Positions 24,082 through 38,182 of a stretch of 64,000 nucleotides of DNA are shown here, one piece after another (positions within the stretch are counted from its first letter, which is position 1; each line of letters begins with the position of its first letter). The stretch spans positions 153,210 through 217,209 of the forward strand of contig QPMI01000063.1 of the NCBI GenBank assembly GCA_004431415.1. Reading direction: 5' to 3'. This DNA comes from Cyanophora paradoxa CCMP329 (lineage: Eukaryota; Plantae; Glaucophyta). The notes under the pieces are model-generated. The model was not told the DNA's origin, did no database searches, and saw only the letters and a list, made by a program, of their open reading frames with translations. The translations under genes were made by a program, and so were the position numbers.

Positions 24082-24231
24082 CGCGGCCGAGGTAAAGAAC
24101 TCCCGCAGGGCCGCAGGGCCGGCAGTCGGCGCACGTGGCAGAGCTCGAGTGATCGGTCTCTCCCGCATGCGCAGGCGGCACTGCCGCGGCAGGCCAAAGA
24201 ACAACATCGCGGCCGAGGTAGAGATCTACTA

Positions 24232-24482
24232 CCGTAATGCAGAATATTAAGGTCTGTACTTTATTATGTCGTCCCGAAATTATGTCGCCTAAAACTTGAC
24301 AAAACGACATAATTTGGGGACGTCATGATGGGGCGCGCAATGAAGTATCCCCCCACTTTTACCGCCCCATACAAGCCTGAAAAGTTCATGCCGACATAAT
24401 TTGGGGACGTCATATTTCGCATAGAGAAGGCTCGGGTTTTAAAACGACATAAATTTGCATGACATAATATTGTGTATTACGG
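24232..24482. mobile_element. Tc1/mariner-superfamily (Tc2/pogo-like) MITE, family M1
   Basis: TA on both flanks. TIR ccgtaatgcagaatatta vs ccgtaatacacaatatta. Internal ttatgtcg/cgacataa repeats. Confidence 0.8.
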
Positions 24483-25290
24483 TACTAGCCTAGTACTAGC
24501 TATAGGCTAGTACTACAACTGTACTAGCCTACTAGGCTAGTAGGCTAGAAGTCTAGAACTCCCGCTGCTGACTCAGTGCTGAGTCCCGCAGGGCCGGCGC
24601 TCAGCGGCTGGCAGCCTGGCAGTGGCTGGCAGAGCCTCAGGGCCTGGCACAGTGGCACTAGGATGCCACTAGCCTGGCAGTCCGACGGCGGCTCCGACTC
24701 CAAGCCTCCGACGTCGACTCGCCGACATCGCCGTCGACTCGGCGTCGAGTCGGCGACTCGGCGTCCGCCGTCCGGTCGACCGGACGTCCGACGGTCGAGT
24801 CGCCGTCGAGGCTGATCCCGTCCGATCATGCCATGATGATCATGAGCCTCGGAGGACGGTCGACTCCGGGTCGAGACCGTCGAGCCTCCGATCGCGAGGC
24901 TCGGAGTCGCCGACTCGGCGAGTCGCCGGTACATATATATCGGTTGATGAATCGGGTAGCTAGCTATATATAGTACAGCTGAATTGTACCGGTACTGCCC
25001 TGGTCCGGTAGTACTACGGTACCACAGTACCTACCGGTATACAGCTGAATTGATTTTTTTTGGTGAATTACCTGCAGCTGCATGTATATATATTGCTATA
25101 TATGTGTATATATATGCGCAAATAATGTTTGCACATACGCGCATATATACGCGAAAAGGAGTTCAAGCTGTGAGCCTGTGACTCAGCTGCAGTCGTCCAT
25201 TAATATTGCTTTGCCGATCCCGGATCCGCAACCTCGATTCAGTTTAGACACTTCGCCAGCTTCGAGTCTCCCCTCTAGATCTACCGGTAC

Positions 25291-25820
25291 TAGGGCTGCG
25301 CACAGTCCACCTCAACCCCCACCCGGTCGGTGGGCCCGCTGACTGTTACCCGCCGGTGGCGGTCGGTGGAGGGGGGTACTTGCTGCAGTGCGTGAAAATT
25401 GACAGGAAATTCGCTTAATTCTGCACAGCTTCAAGGCGCTACGCGCCTACTCTGTTCCCAACTGCCGAAAGCAAGTGCTTTGGGGCGAGTTCAAGCCAGT
25501 TGTGGGGAAGCTGGGGGGTTGATGCCCAGGAGGGGGGTACGGGATAACGCGATCGATGGCGTCAGCTCCCTTGGGCTCCGTCGGATTGAAGAGCGCAGGA
25601 GCGCAGGAGAGCAGGAAGATGAACTAAGCAGGACTTTCCTGGCCTGGGTGCACGGAATATGTAACTTTCGCGCGCGAGAATATGAAATGTTCGCATGCCT
25701 ACCCCCCCCAGAATTTTTATTTGTATGGTACCGGGCGTTGTATGGCGGTGGGCCAGACTTTCCACCCGGTCGGTCGGTGGGAGGCCGCCACTGCCACCGG
25801 CCGCCACCGGCCCAGCCCTA
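25291..25820. mobile_element. Non-autonomous hAT-like element
   Basis: TIR tagggctg..cagcccta. Perfect 8-bp target-site duplication accggtac at 25283-25290 and 25821-25828. Subterminal ccggtcggtgg-type repeats. Confidence 0.85.
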
Positions 25821-26851
25821 ACCGGTACTGGTCCGGTAGTGGTGTCCTTTGTTTTGCCCCTCCTAGTAGGCTCCTACTGTTCTGCCGCCTCCGCCTCCTG
25901 TGACAACGTCTTCTAGTTCTGCTGTTAGCTCCATCTCGTCGTCGTCGTCTAGATCTGCTGGTGCTGTTGCCTCGTCTCTTGTCCCTGTATGTGCTATTGC
26001 TAGTGCGAGTAGTATTGTCGTGTCTTCGAACTCTAGATCTGGATCTTCAAGGCTTTGACTGTAGTTCCTCGTACTCGTTCTCCTTATTTTCTGCGCACCC
26101 GTGCTCCCCGTCGTTCCGAAGTTCTCCTCGTGCTCGTTCTCCTTATCCTTTGCGTTCTTATGATCGTGCCCCTTCTCGTGATCCCTCTTGATTGTATGTT
26201 TTGTGATAGTTTGCAACTGCTGTATCTTTAATTTGTGATTACTTTGTTATCCTTAATATCACTACGTATACCTACGGGGGGTTCGCCCCACCGCGGGTTT
26301 TCATGACGCCGTTAATTTGGTTCACGGCGCTAATCAGCGAATTAATCTGTATCGCTGCTAGGCAGGGCCAGCGATTCGGGGTCAACGATCGAACATTTGA
26401 CGTAGCGCTAGCTGAAGAAATTCGAATTCTCGACCGACTGACTGTCATGATCAATTGCAAGCTCACGACCATCACGAATCGGGCAGGGTACCGGTACCAT
26501 TGCGAGGTGCCGCATCCGGCCTAACTTCTGGCTAACGAACTTGCCGTTTTGCGCATCACATTGCAATTGAATCGACGTTAGCTGCACATTGCAATTGCAA
26601 CATTGTAAAGCAAAACCGTTTATTCTCATGGCGCCGGCTAGCTGCGAAAAGCTAGGACGAAAGCGACGAAACACTGATCTAAGTGCACCTAAAAAAAGAC
26701 TATATATAGCTAGCATGAGATCAATATATATTTATCGATATCGGATTATGCACATATGAATATTAATGCGAGTAGAGCAGCTGCAGAGCATTGCTGCGGA
26801 CATCAGAAGAATCAACGCGTACGCGTTCCGGATTCGAACGTATTAGCAGAA

Positions 26852-29800
26852 TCAACGCGCGCCGCGAAGTGCGACGAAAGCGGCCACAACTGCCCCCAGA
26901 ACAGCCGCGACTACCGAAGGGACGAGCTGCACACTGGCCGACGGCCAGTACGGTACGTTCGCCGACAAAACCGTGCTGCCGCCGGCAATTAGCGTGAACT
27001 GCGGTGCACACGTCAGCGTTTCGACGACGGCACGCAGCTGGCAGCGCAAAGCGGCGCGCCGGCGTGAGGTGGTCGCATGTGGCGGTGTACTTGGCCGACC
27101 CGGGGGCGCTCGTCGCGGGACTGCACGTGGTCCACTTCTTCCCGGCCTCGTCGTAGAAGGCCAGGGAGACGCTCTGGCCGCCCCCGACCGAGAGCGTCGC
27201 CGGCATCTCGAAGCGGATCTTGTCGGGGAAGTCCTTGATGAAGACGGCCTTGCCGTCGCTGCCGAGCTTTGTCGCGGTGATGTCGTAGACGGCGGAGGCG
27301 ACGCGGTTGTTGGCCGAGGGGCCAGGGAAGTCTCCGGCGTCCGGAGTGGAGACGGAGACCTGGAAATCGCTCGTCGACGCGCTGGCCGGGAACACGAACT
27401 GCGGAATTCGAAGATGCGAATTATAGTTATGATTTCGAAATGGTGGGCGGGAACACAAGCCAGCGCACGGTAGCCGATCCCACGGTGACGGTGAGCGACG
27501 CCGCCGTCCCCGGGCAGACCTTGAAGCGGTACGGGTCGATGTCGGACGCGCGCTCCTGCACGCCGCACTTGGCGTTCGCGTCGCTCAGCGTGATCTGCTG
27601 CGCGTCAGGGGCGAGCTGCGCAGCAGCTTTGCAGCTGTGAGCACGGATACCTGAGTGGAAACGGTGGCGAGGGCGGCCTGGGTCTGGGTGCGGAGCGTGG
27701 CGGCGAGGGTGGACGTGGCCGGCAGGGCCGCGAGCATGCCGGCGAGGCTGGACTGGAGGGCCTGCAATTGGAGCCTTCAGGTGCTGGGGATGGTAATTCG
27801 AAACGCACGCTTCAAACGCACCGCTGCATCCACTCCAGGCGTGCTTGCGAGAGTCTGGAGAAATAGACCTCGAGGTTCAGCTATCGTGCACACGCGAGCG
27901 CGTGCATTTGAATATTGTGCGAGCTCGAGAGCGTACCGGGTTCAGTTGAATGACTTCCATCAAGAGCGTGGTGCCCTTGATAGCATCCTCTTCCTGCGCA
28001 GAACTCAGCGCATTTCTATGTGCTGGTGTAATTCAAAATCTTTATTCGTTTGCAGACGCACCTTGAGAGCTCCTGTCTTGGACGCAATGGGCGCGACGGC
28101 GGCGAAGAAGGTAACAAGAGCGCCGGCGGTCTGCGCCATCGAGTAACGTTCATCGCGGTGGTAAGGGCGGTCGAAAATTTGGCAAGGATGTCCGCCTGCC
28201 GGAGGGAGCGGCGCATGCGCATCTGATGCCGATGCCGAAGTGTCGTGTTTGTGGCCTTGGAGTAGTACGTCTTGAGGGACTCGATGTTCGCCAGAATCTT
28301 CGCCATCTTCTCCGCAAACGGAATATTCGAGTCCTGCGAAATCGATTGATAATTATATAAGAAGAATTCGCTTTTGCTATAGCTAGTTCCGAAATACACT
28401 TACAGCGACGATAGCGGCCATCTGTTTGTCGAACTCCACAAGCATTTGCTGTGTGCACAGATTGGAGTAAATGATTAATATTGCTCTCTCAAATGCACGC
28501 GCATCCGCGCACGTCAAATTGGGCGACGGGGCTGGCGTTGGTATCGACGAGCGGGTTGACTGTGATTTGACCGTCGATGGCATACTGAGTGGAGAGCTTG
28601 TCGCGGCTGGCGTCCGTCACAGTGACCGTGAGCGTCGTCGTGATGGGGCCGTTAGCAGTGGCGCCCTGGCCATGGTACCGGTGAACTTCGATCAGGTGGA
28701 GGCCGAAAGGGCCTGGAGGCAGCTCTAGCTACCGCGGGGAAGAAGAAGTCGAAGGTTTCGTTGAGAGAGTTGCGTGCGAGAGGCGCGTTGAAGCCCTTGG
28801 CGCTGAGCGAAAAGCTGAGGGGCAGAGTGCTCCCAACCCAGCCGGAGCATGAGACCTGCACCAGGTCGGATATCAGTACCAGTCGAGATAGTTATAGTGC
28901 GATTGCAAGGGTAGCCGCAGCGCTTGCTGCGCGCATACGACTGACCGTCACTTTGTCGACAACGGCCTTGACGGTTGCCGGACTCGCGGTGCACGTCCCC
29001 CCGGATGGCGGCGCGCCTGTATTCGAATATTAATATTTAGTTATGGGGCTCGGCGAATGTGCCCTAACTAGCTATAGAGCGGCCGTGCGCACCGGCGGCG
29101 ACAGGAACAGGAGCGGGAGTTGGGACGGGCGGTGCTTCCACGGCGGCCGCCGGCGCCGGCGTCGGGGTGGCCACGGTTGCAGGGAGCTCGACTGCGGTTT
29201 CCGCGGCGGGCGTGGGCGACGGGCTAGCGCTGGGCGTCGCGGAGGGCGACGGGCTCGGGCTCGGGCTCGGAGACGGCGTTGGAGTCGGCGTAGCGCAGGA
29301 AACTGCCGCCCGTGTGAGGCGCGGAAATATATTTGAAGGAAGCTGAAAGGCAGCGAAGGTGCGCACGTGACACGCTCGCCTCGATTCCATCGCCGTTGTT
29401 CCCTCCGTTGTACAGCGCGAACATCGCCACCTCCGTGTGGTTCGGGCTGGTCGTCAAGGTCGGAATGCTGACGGGCATGACGCCGTAGCCTTTCGGAATG
29501 CCAAGGGGAGAAGAAGATTGCGAGCCATCCAGTTGAGTCATCTGCAGCAAAATGTTGATGGCAATTCATCGAGACACTCCGATAGCGCTGGCCTTGCATG
29601 CTTACCGAGAGCCAGTCACACATGTTCGGCGCGCAATTTTCGACAGAGAACTTGGGGAAGGAAATTGCGAGCGAAGGAACGCCGTGGGCAGAGACGCAGC
29701 TGGCAATTGCATCGCTTGCAGCCTTCAGATACCTGTTATATATATGGTTCGATTGCGATTTGCGCATCCGCTTAGTTTCTAAAGATATAGAGAGCCTCAC

Positions 29801-32800
29801 AGCAGCCGAATGGATGTGCTGGAGCTTGTCATGCTGGGAATCGCGATCGACTGCACCGAAGTGCGGACTGGCTGGGTGGCGAGGTTCTGGATGGTGAAGC
29901 CGCTGACGGTTGCCGCGGGCGACAGGAAGGTCGTGTTGACTGCAAAGAGCTTGAATCATACAGCTTGCGTACGGATCCGGACTTTAGCTAGGAGAATTGA
30001 GCCACGTACACGTGCTCTTTTGTTGCGCTCTTATGTTTATGCTGAATGTGTAGTTGCTGCCGGCGGTGTAAAGGAATACAGAGCTCGAATTTGCGGTAAA
30101 CCAGGCCGTCGATCCTGAAGTGCGAGCGGCAAGGAGCACAGGCGGCTGCACGCCGACGTCGAAGACCTGTGCATGCGGTCCCACCCCACACGAACTTTAA
30201 TATTCGGCAACTGCTTTCCTACCGCGCCGCGGCACTCGCACGCACCCATAGTCTTCCCAAACTCGAAGTGAGGAGTCTCTCGGCATTAATCTCGACAAAG
30301 TCATCCTCACCAGGCGCCTTGACCAGCCTGCGTTCAATGTTGTTGAGACGCGTGGCTCACGGACAGCAGTTCGCTATCTTGCACGTGCATGTGCATATAT
30401 ATACATGCACGTGACTCACCAGCCGGCCTTCTCGTTTTCCGGATAGGGGAGATTACCACCCATAGCGAATTCTATTGGTGTTGAAACGTTTCGTGTCGCA
30501 GTGAAGACGCCTTTGTCGCATATGACTGGGATTGACCATGATCGCATTTAGGATACCGTTGAGCATAATTACAATTATATAGTCTGGTTTCAATATCCCG
30601 CTCACCTCGGACATCGGCCACAAAAGCGCCAGCCGGCTCCACTTTGTAAGCATCGACGTCGTAGGACCGTGAGCCCTGATTATTGAACATCGATCGTGTC
30701 AGTCATGGTCGGACGCTTCGGAACAATGCAAAACAATTGCGTGTGCGTGCCTGGTAAAATCCGTCCGAGTGGAATACAACGAGCAGCTCGGCTCCCGGAG
30801 TTGGCATGGCCGCAAGGGGGGGGTAGGTCGTGGTGCCCCATCCAAGTCCCGATCGGGGATAGCTCGGATGGGAGGGCAGCTGCCTGGTAGAAGTTGGCGT
30901 GACCTCAAAAACCTACACGTGCACTCGCGATGTCAGGAATCGTATCGGCGCATTATAATAACCGTCCTCCACGCACAAACATGGCGTCGCAGAAGCAGAG
31001 TTCGCCATCGAGTTCGAGCCAGCGGAGGGAGAGAGTGGAGCGGGCTCCGCATCCAGACTCGGTCAACCTAGACACATTTGGCATCTTTGCGTACCTGAAA
31101 GACCACAATGAGATCAACTCGAATTGGGAAGAACAAATATACATAGCCGAACGAGCTCGCGCGATCGGGAATGTCATCGGTCGCACCAAGCTCCCATGAA
31201 GTCGCCAGAGTAATTTTTGATTCCTATTTCGGCGGGTGCTCCGATGTCTGGGTGTAAAGTACCAGATGTAAAGTTCCGAGTTTCCCGGGTTGAGGTCAGA
31301 GTCGCGGGGCTTGACGGCGTCACTGCGCACAAAATTGAAATCGAGCCATTTTTATATATTTAATTAGCTATAGCCTGGCGTGAGATCTCATGATCAGACG
31401 CACCACTTGTCTTTGCCTTCGAACTGTACTCGGCGGTAAAATATAGCTCCGCGTTGACGTAGTTCCTCGCTTCTAACGCAGCAGAGTGGAAGTCGTCGCC
31501 GGGGTACCAGGCGAAAAGGAACAACCGGCTCGACTCGCTTGTGTACGTGGTCCCCACGACCACCGAGTCCGCGAGGAGCCTCGGCGGATTGACGCCGTAG
31601 TCGATCAACTGTCATCGGTATCGGAAATATGAATATTAACTCATACACGACGTCCATATCTTCAGCGACTTGCATGCGTGTGCACCTTTAGGGAGTTCGC
31701 GGTCGGCTCGGAGGCGTTGAACTTGACCGATGTGAACGTGATTTGAACGCTTTCCGAGTCCGACGGGGCGTAGAAGTTCCTGAGGGGCTCGCGGCGTTAG
31801 CTGTGATGATTAATTTTTACAGAGAGGGCTGATATAAGTGGTTCGGGGACACGCCAGCCGGCCACTTCGTTGAAAGGCCCGCCGTTGTGCACTCCCTTGA
31901 TTGTCTGTGTCGTTGATGTCGCTGCCACCGCCCCCGGAAGAGTCCCGCACACCGCTGCGCGCGTTTTAATTTAGGACGAAAAGAAATCCAGAGCAAAAAC
32001 TGATCGTGAGTGCGTGCTCTCACCCGAAACACTTGCGCGGAAAGCGCCGCCCGGCACCGGGTCCGCCGCATCGGCAGTTCCCTTACTGCCTTGATTCTGG
32101 TGGTTGGAGTGGAAGATGGCGACAAGCTCGGCCCCAGGTGTCGCGGTGAATGCAGGGAAATTTACGGCTGACAATCTGAGCAGCAAATAATGAAATCATA
32201 AAAAGATTTAAGAATTAAAACCTTCGTGTCAAGCAAATTTAAAGTGAGCGCACGTAGGCTTGCCCCAGCCAACCCCAGATTTCGGGTAAGGGGTCTCGTG
32301 TGCGACAAAGCGAACGGAGCTGCTCGTAATCTCGAAAACCTAACGACAACGCGGGTCAAGCGATGCCGAAGGCGCAGATTTTGAAACGGTAGCCGACGGT
32401 CAAGAAGCACTGGTAGATCAAGTACACGCACATACATCACATCGAACCATCCGCTTGCCTGGCCATCGATCTCGAGCCACGTGTGTTTCAAGCTGCAGCT
32501 CGAGTCCTCCGCAGGCAGCGAGACGCGCCTGAAAAACATTTATAGCTTATGTGCGCGATCAAAAACGTTTTGCAATTGAAACTTGTGCACCACGCGTGCA
32601 TCTGGTAGGCGGTGTAGGGTTTCAGCGCGATGTCAACAGGTCCTCCTGGGAACGGGCTGAGAGATAACGAGTTGAATATCCGAGTCTGCCCCGAACTCGA
32701 ACTCAGGGTCGCGGCGTCGGACGCAGTCGCTGCGTGCGCGCGACGCATGCGGCTCATGATCAGCGACACGAAAAGTGGGGGTTTTTAGAGTCCTGATCGC

Positions 32801-35800
32801 GGAGGGTGTGTGCGTACACCCGCTCTTGGCGATGGACTTGTATTCCGCCACGAAATCGTATGTTTTTCCACTCAAAACGTCCCAAATGAAAAGAAGGACT
32901 TTGTTAGAAGCGGACGTATACGTAGTCCCAACGACCGGCGGAGCCGCAAGAAGCCTCGGGGGGGAGACGCCAACGTCGAGCAGCTGCGAATAGGTTTCGC
33001 AGGCTTACACATTCGCTCTTATCGCAGTTGCGCGCCACGCATGCGCAATTGCAAGCATGCGTACCTTCAGAGAGCTGTCCGTGACAGCAGCGCCTCGAAT
33101 CCACTGACCGTTGAGCTTGAACTGGACGACGTCCTGCTCTGTGGGAGCGGTGATGTACCTGCACGAGCAATGTAAGGGTTACATTTGCATGCAAGAAACG
33201 AAGATAGAAAACTTGAGGTGCGAACCAGGCGGTCAAGGCGTCGTACTGACCCATCTCGAAAGTCACAGCCAACGTTTTGGTCGTCGCCGCAGCACTCAGC
33301 GTAGACGGATCGGGCGCCAGTCCCGAAGGGCATTTCGCTGTGTTCGAGAAAAGCATGCAAAGTTTACGATTAGCTGCGACGAAACCGTGCGGCCTACAGC
33401 TGCGAGTCGAAAGGCCTAATTTATAAGGCAGTCAATGTCGCACTGAAAGCGTTTGCGCTGAAGCCTCCACCAGGGGTCTGATTGTCGCCTCCAGTGCTGC
33501 CCTGGTAGCTCGGATTCGAGACAAACACGACAACGAACTCGGCTCCTTCCGCAGCGTCGACGATGGGGAATGCGCTTGTGGTGATGGTGGGCTTGCCCCA
33601 CCCCACGCCAGAGAGCGGATACGCCGCCGAGCCGCCGACGATTTTCGTTGATGTGGCAGTAATCTCGAAGACCTGCATAAGGGCGGGTAAATCGAGCAGT
33701 CGAACACGCGCATATGCGTGCACGTGCACGTGTGTGCTTGCACGTCATGATCACATGCGAATTTGAACGCACATACATCACATCGTACCACCAGCTATCT
33801 TCACCGTCAATCTCAGTCCAGCGCCAACTGAGACTGCAGCCAGAGCTTGAAAGCTGGCTCGATCGTTTGACAGTCCTACGCAAAATACTATCACAACGAG
33901 TTGCAGGCAGTGGTACGTATACCGATGTCGCACCAGGCCTGCAAGTGGCTTGCCGGGTACGGCTTGATCTTGACCTCTTCGTAGATCAAGTCGGGGCGCA
34001 GCTCCACCGAGGCAGAAGCGAACGTTTTGGTGTCCTTCGCTCCAAGAGTAGCATCTGGCGAGGCCGTCGCTGCGCGATTCGGAATGCGCTCGTTAAATGC
34101 ATTGGCGTTCACGTATGATGATGAGCTCGAGCTTACATCCGCTCTTTGCGATTGATTTGTACTCGGCCGTGAAATCGAGCTTTCCCGTATCCCCACGCGC
34201 GGCATAGCCTGCATTGTTGTCGCCGTGCTTGTGCAAGAACACGAAGAGCCTGTTCGAGGCCGTTGTGTATGTTGTCCCGACGACCGGCGGGGCCGCGAGG
34301 AGCCTCGGGGGGGAGACGCCGATGTCGAGAAGCTGCTCGAGCGGATCGGGATTGTGCATGTACAGAGATTGCGCCTGCGGCGGGCTACCTTGATGGCATT
34401 GTCATTGACGGTCGTTCCGTCGATGGCGGTCCCAGTGACCTTGAACTGGATCACGTCCTGCTCAGTGGGAGCGGTGACGTACCTGATGCGAATTTGCATG
34501 AGCGTTAAATATTTGAGGCAAACTTCAATCTAGTGCTCGGATGCTAGTTAGCTTGAGTGATTGCGATTGCGCGCGAGCACCAGCCCATGATCTGCACAGC
34601 AAAACAAAAGTCAAAAAAATGTCTAAAATACACAAACATTACATATATAAAAAGCGGCCGTCTCGCCTCGTCGTTGTAGTTGGCCTCGTAGAAGGCGGTC
34701 ATGGTTTTGGTCGTTGAAGTAGCATTCAGAGTGCTTGGTACGGCCGGAATCTGAGGGCACTTGGCTGCGCGAGTGCCGGCTCATAATCAGGCATATGCCG
34801 ATATGTATAAACGCATGTGCTGTCTCGAAGTCGAACTTGAAACCGCCAATTCAAAAGGAAAGGAAACTCACGGGAAACGAACGCTCGGAAACCGCCTCCG
34901 TTTCCGTCGCTCCCTTGATTAGTATCGTCACTGTGGAAGATGACGAGAAGCTCGGCGCCGGGTTCGGCAGTGAACGGGGGAAACTTTTTCGGATTAGCGA
35001 GAGGATTCTGGTTTCCCCAGCCTGCCCCGTTTCCTGGATAGTATCCTTCAGCTTCTCCAGCAACAAGTCGGGTAGAAGTGCTTGTCATCTCAAACACCTG
35101 AGGGGTGCACACGGTGCTTAGCTATAGCAAAACCTAAAATTTGCAAAAACTTTTAGTTTTTATTGGCCATGGCAGATCAACGTTCACGCACATACATCAC
35201 ATCATACCATCCGTCGGCTTCGGAATCAATCTCGAGCCACTTCAACCAAAGTTTGTTTTCGCAGTCGGAAGGAATGGAAGCGGGAAGCTTGACTTGCCTA
35301 AAATCTCGTGCAGCTCGTGATTAAGAGGGCGAAAGAGTAGCCGGGCTGGCGCGTGAGTTCGCGATCGAGCACGCACCAGGCTTTCATCGTCTTCGCTGCG
35401 TAGGGCTTAATTGCAACCTCGCGACTCGAAGGCGTCGCCGAAATGCTCGCGGTCGCTGTGTGGACCGAGGACGTGAAGGTGCCCGTCACGCTGGATGAAG
35501 AAGTGATGGTCGCCGAGGCAGTCGCTGCGCACGCGCACGCGCCCGACCGCAATGAGCCGTACATGTGCGCACAGGTGCAGGGACGATAGCCCGGGCAGGG
35601 CGGCGCGCACAACCAGCCTTCGCAATCGAATTGTACTCGGCCACGAAACTGGTCGCCGCATCGTACTGCCAGAGAAACACAAAGAGCTTGCTGGAAGCCG
35701 CTGTGTACACCGTGTCGAGGGCCGGGGGGGCGGCGAGTAGTGTCGGGGGAGAGACCCCAACGTCCAGGATCTGAGCGTGATCATGAGATGATTGCAATGC

Positions 35801-36213
35801 GCGCGCGCAAGATTCGAGGGGACGCAAAAACATGATCGAATTCGAACCTTCAAATTATTTGCGATGCCGGTCGCGGATGTGACCTTGAACTGAATGACGT
35901 CCTGGTCCGTGGGTGCGTAGATGTACCTTTGATTCGCAGTTGCAAAGCGCGCACGGCCGAAATCAGTACCGTGCACGTGCAACATTCGCATGCGCGAACA
36001 TCCGCGCGCGCACCAACCGAATACCTCAGCATTGTCCCGCTGGTATTGCACGGTCATCGTCTGCTTCGTCGACGTCGCGGCCAGGCCTCCGGTTGGGGGG
36101 CCGGAGACGAGCGCCCCCGCCGACGCTGCCGCGAAAAGGAGGACGACGAGCGCGGCCCGCAGCCACGCGCACGCCTTCGCGGGCGTCGACGTCGGAGCCA
36201 TTGCCGCACTCAT
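26852..36213 (-). CDS. Surface protein paralog B: signal peptide, about 10 CUB-like domains, P/T/S stalk, REJ-like/helical region, GAIN-GPS-like motif, GPI-type tail
   Basis: Signal WLRAALVVLLFAAASAG. Repeated modules LEID...WYDVMY..GAELLVVFHSD..QG..GF.A and APT.QDVIQFKV..DVGVSPP.LLAAPP..FVAEY.SIAK. Stalk TPTPTPSPSPSPSPS. VSCSGW, LAFYDEAGKKWTTC..YTATCDHLTP|F and NVPYWPSAS..VVAAVLGAVVAAFVALRGAR*. Confidence 0.82.
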
Positions 36214-36333
36214 GCGCGCGGGGGACTGCCGCGTATACGGTATACGTATGCGAAGCGAAATCTATAGCTAGTACTATTTGGCTGTGACTCCTGTGAGATC
36301 GGGATTTCGAATTCGGGTCCTCCTTCGGAAGTA

Positions 36334-36580
36334 CCGTAGAACACTTAATTAATGCGCCCGATATTAATGCGTTTTTGGACCCGGACCCCTCGTGTGGCTA
36401 ATAATGCGCCCCCGAATTAATGCGTTTTGAAGCTTTTTGGCCGCGGTTGGGGGGTACATAATGCAGTTTCTTAGCGTTTCGATATTAATGCGCCCCCGAA
36501 TTAATGCGTTTTGCTGCCGGAAAACGCATTAATTCGGGGGCGCATTAATTAAGTGCGCGCATTACTTAAGTGTTCTACGT
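36334..36580 (+). mobile_element. Tc2/pogo-like MITE family X, copy 1
   Basis: TA flanks. TIR ccgtagaacacttaa. Many ttaatgcg/cgcattaa repeats. Near-identical inverted copy at 39815-40187. Confidence 0.85.
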
Positions 36581-37234
36581 TAGTACTAGTAGTTGGACCG
36601 CAGAGTCGGCGCAGCCTGCCAGGCTGGCGCCGGCAGACCGCCGACCGACGATCGCGGCGCCGACCGACTCTAGTACGGCGACGGTCGCGAATCACGAGAT
36701 TCACGACTAGAGCTCGCGATCGGTTAACGTTTGGCCGGGCAAGCGGATCCGGATCGCCGCGTCGCCGCGGCGCGATTCGCGATTCGCGATCGGTGGGGCC
36801 CCAGCCGGGCCGGCCCCGCCCGGGCCCGCCGCGGCCGCCGGCCGCCGCGCGCGGCCCGGGCCCCGGCCGGGCCCGGGCTTGGCAGCCTGCCAGCCTGGCT
36901 GCTGGGCCCTGGCAGGCTGGGCCGGGCACCGGGGCCCGGCCCGCCGCGCCGCCCGGGCCGTGCACCGTGCACGTGGCCTCCCGCGGCCGGGGCCCGGGCC
37001 CCGCGGCCAGGCCGGGCCTGGCCGGCGGCGGGCCGGGCGGCGCCAGAAGTTGCATCTGGCCCCAGATTCCCCAGAACCAGCCTGGCAGCCGGCCCGGCCC
37101 GGCCGGGCCGAGTCATAAGTCAATTGCAAGGTCAAAAAAAAGACCGTAGTACAGTACTACAAGGCTAGTACGTGGTAAATAATTGCCGTAAATTGCCGAG
37201 AGGCCGAACTCGAGCTTGACTCCGAGGCTCAGTA

Positions 37235-37499
37235 CCCCGTCGGGCACTAAATTACCGCGGCATAAATTACCGCGTTTTAAAACCCGGCCCGCCATAGAGG
37301 AAAATACCGCAGTACCAAATTACCGCGTTTTTTACAAATTTGAGGCTTGTATGGGGCGGTAATTACAGGGGATACTGTATGGGGCGACATCTCAGCAGCA
37401 AATTACCGCGGGACCAAATTACCGCGTTTTAACAAATTCTCGGCGCGGTAATTTGGTACCGCGGTAATTAAGTGGGCGCGGTATTTATGTGTTCTACGG
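37235..37499 (-). mobile_element. Tc2/pogo-like MITE family Y, copy 1
   Basis: TA flanks. Ends ccgtcgggcac / ccgtagaacac. aattaccgcg repeats. Inverted copy at 39489-39749. Confidence 0.85.
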
Positions 37500-37833
37500 T
37501 AACTCACAGTGAGCTCCGATTCTGAGCCTCCGAGGCTCCGACTCCGATGCATTCAAGATTATGCGCATGCGTTGTTTTTACGTTTTCCGGTGAATCCGGT
37601 CCTAATTTACTCCTAAATTCTCCTAATTCGGATTCCGTCCAATGCCGACGCTCAAACCGTCAAACGCCAGCCTCTTGCAGCTGAGAACCTGGGCCGGCGG
37701 TACCAAGTACCAGTAAAGCTGAACCGTTGAACGCGAGTTCAACGGTTCATGATCATGAAAATTACTAAAGTTATAACTAGCTATAGTAAGCCGCCTGCAG
37801 CCGCCTGCACTGCGGCAGCTATTCGGCTGCTGA

Positions 37834-38182
37834 GGGCGTTTTCCCCATGCGCGGCGACTTGGAATTAGGTAATTCGGTAATTAGGGGTCTTTCGTCGACG
37901 AGGGGAGGGGTACGGCCTCAAAACTAGTTCTGGACAGGCCAAGCTAATTAGCCGGAAGTTCCCGGAACTCGAGGAGGTCCGGCCCCGGCGACCCGACCCG
38001 CGGGTCGCGGGTCCAGGTTTTAGGACCCGGGCCGGAGCCCTACCGGCCCGACCTCCTCGAATTCCAAGCTAATTAGATTTTTACCGGTTCGAGGATCGTC
38101 CGCAAAAAAAGGTGCGTGTTCGACCTAATTACCTAATTACCTAATTCCCGACTACGGCAAGTCCTACATGGGGAAAACGGCC
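37834..38182. mobile_element. PIF/Harbinger-like (Tourist-like) MITE
   Basis: TIR gg(g/c)cgttttccccatg at both ends. 3-bp TSD TGA on both sides. Subterminal taattagg/cctaatta repeats. Confidence 0.75.
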
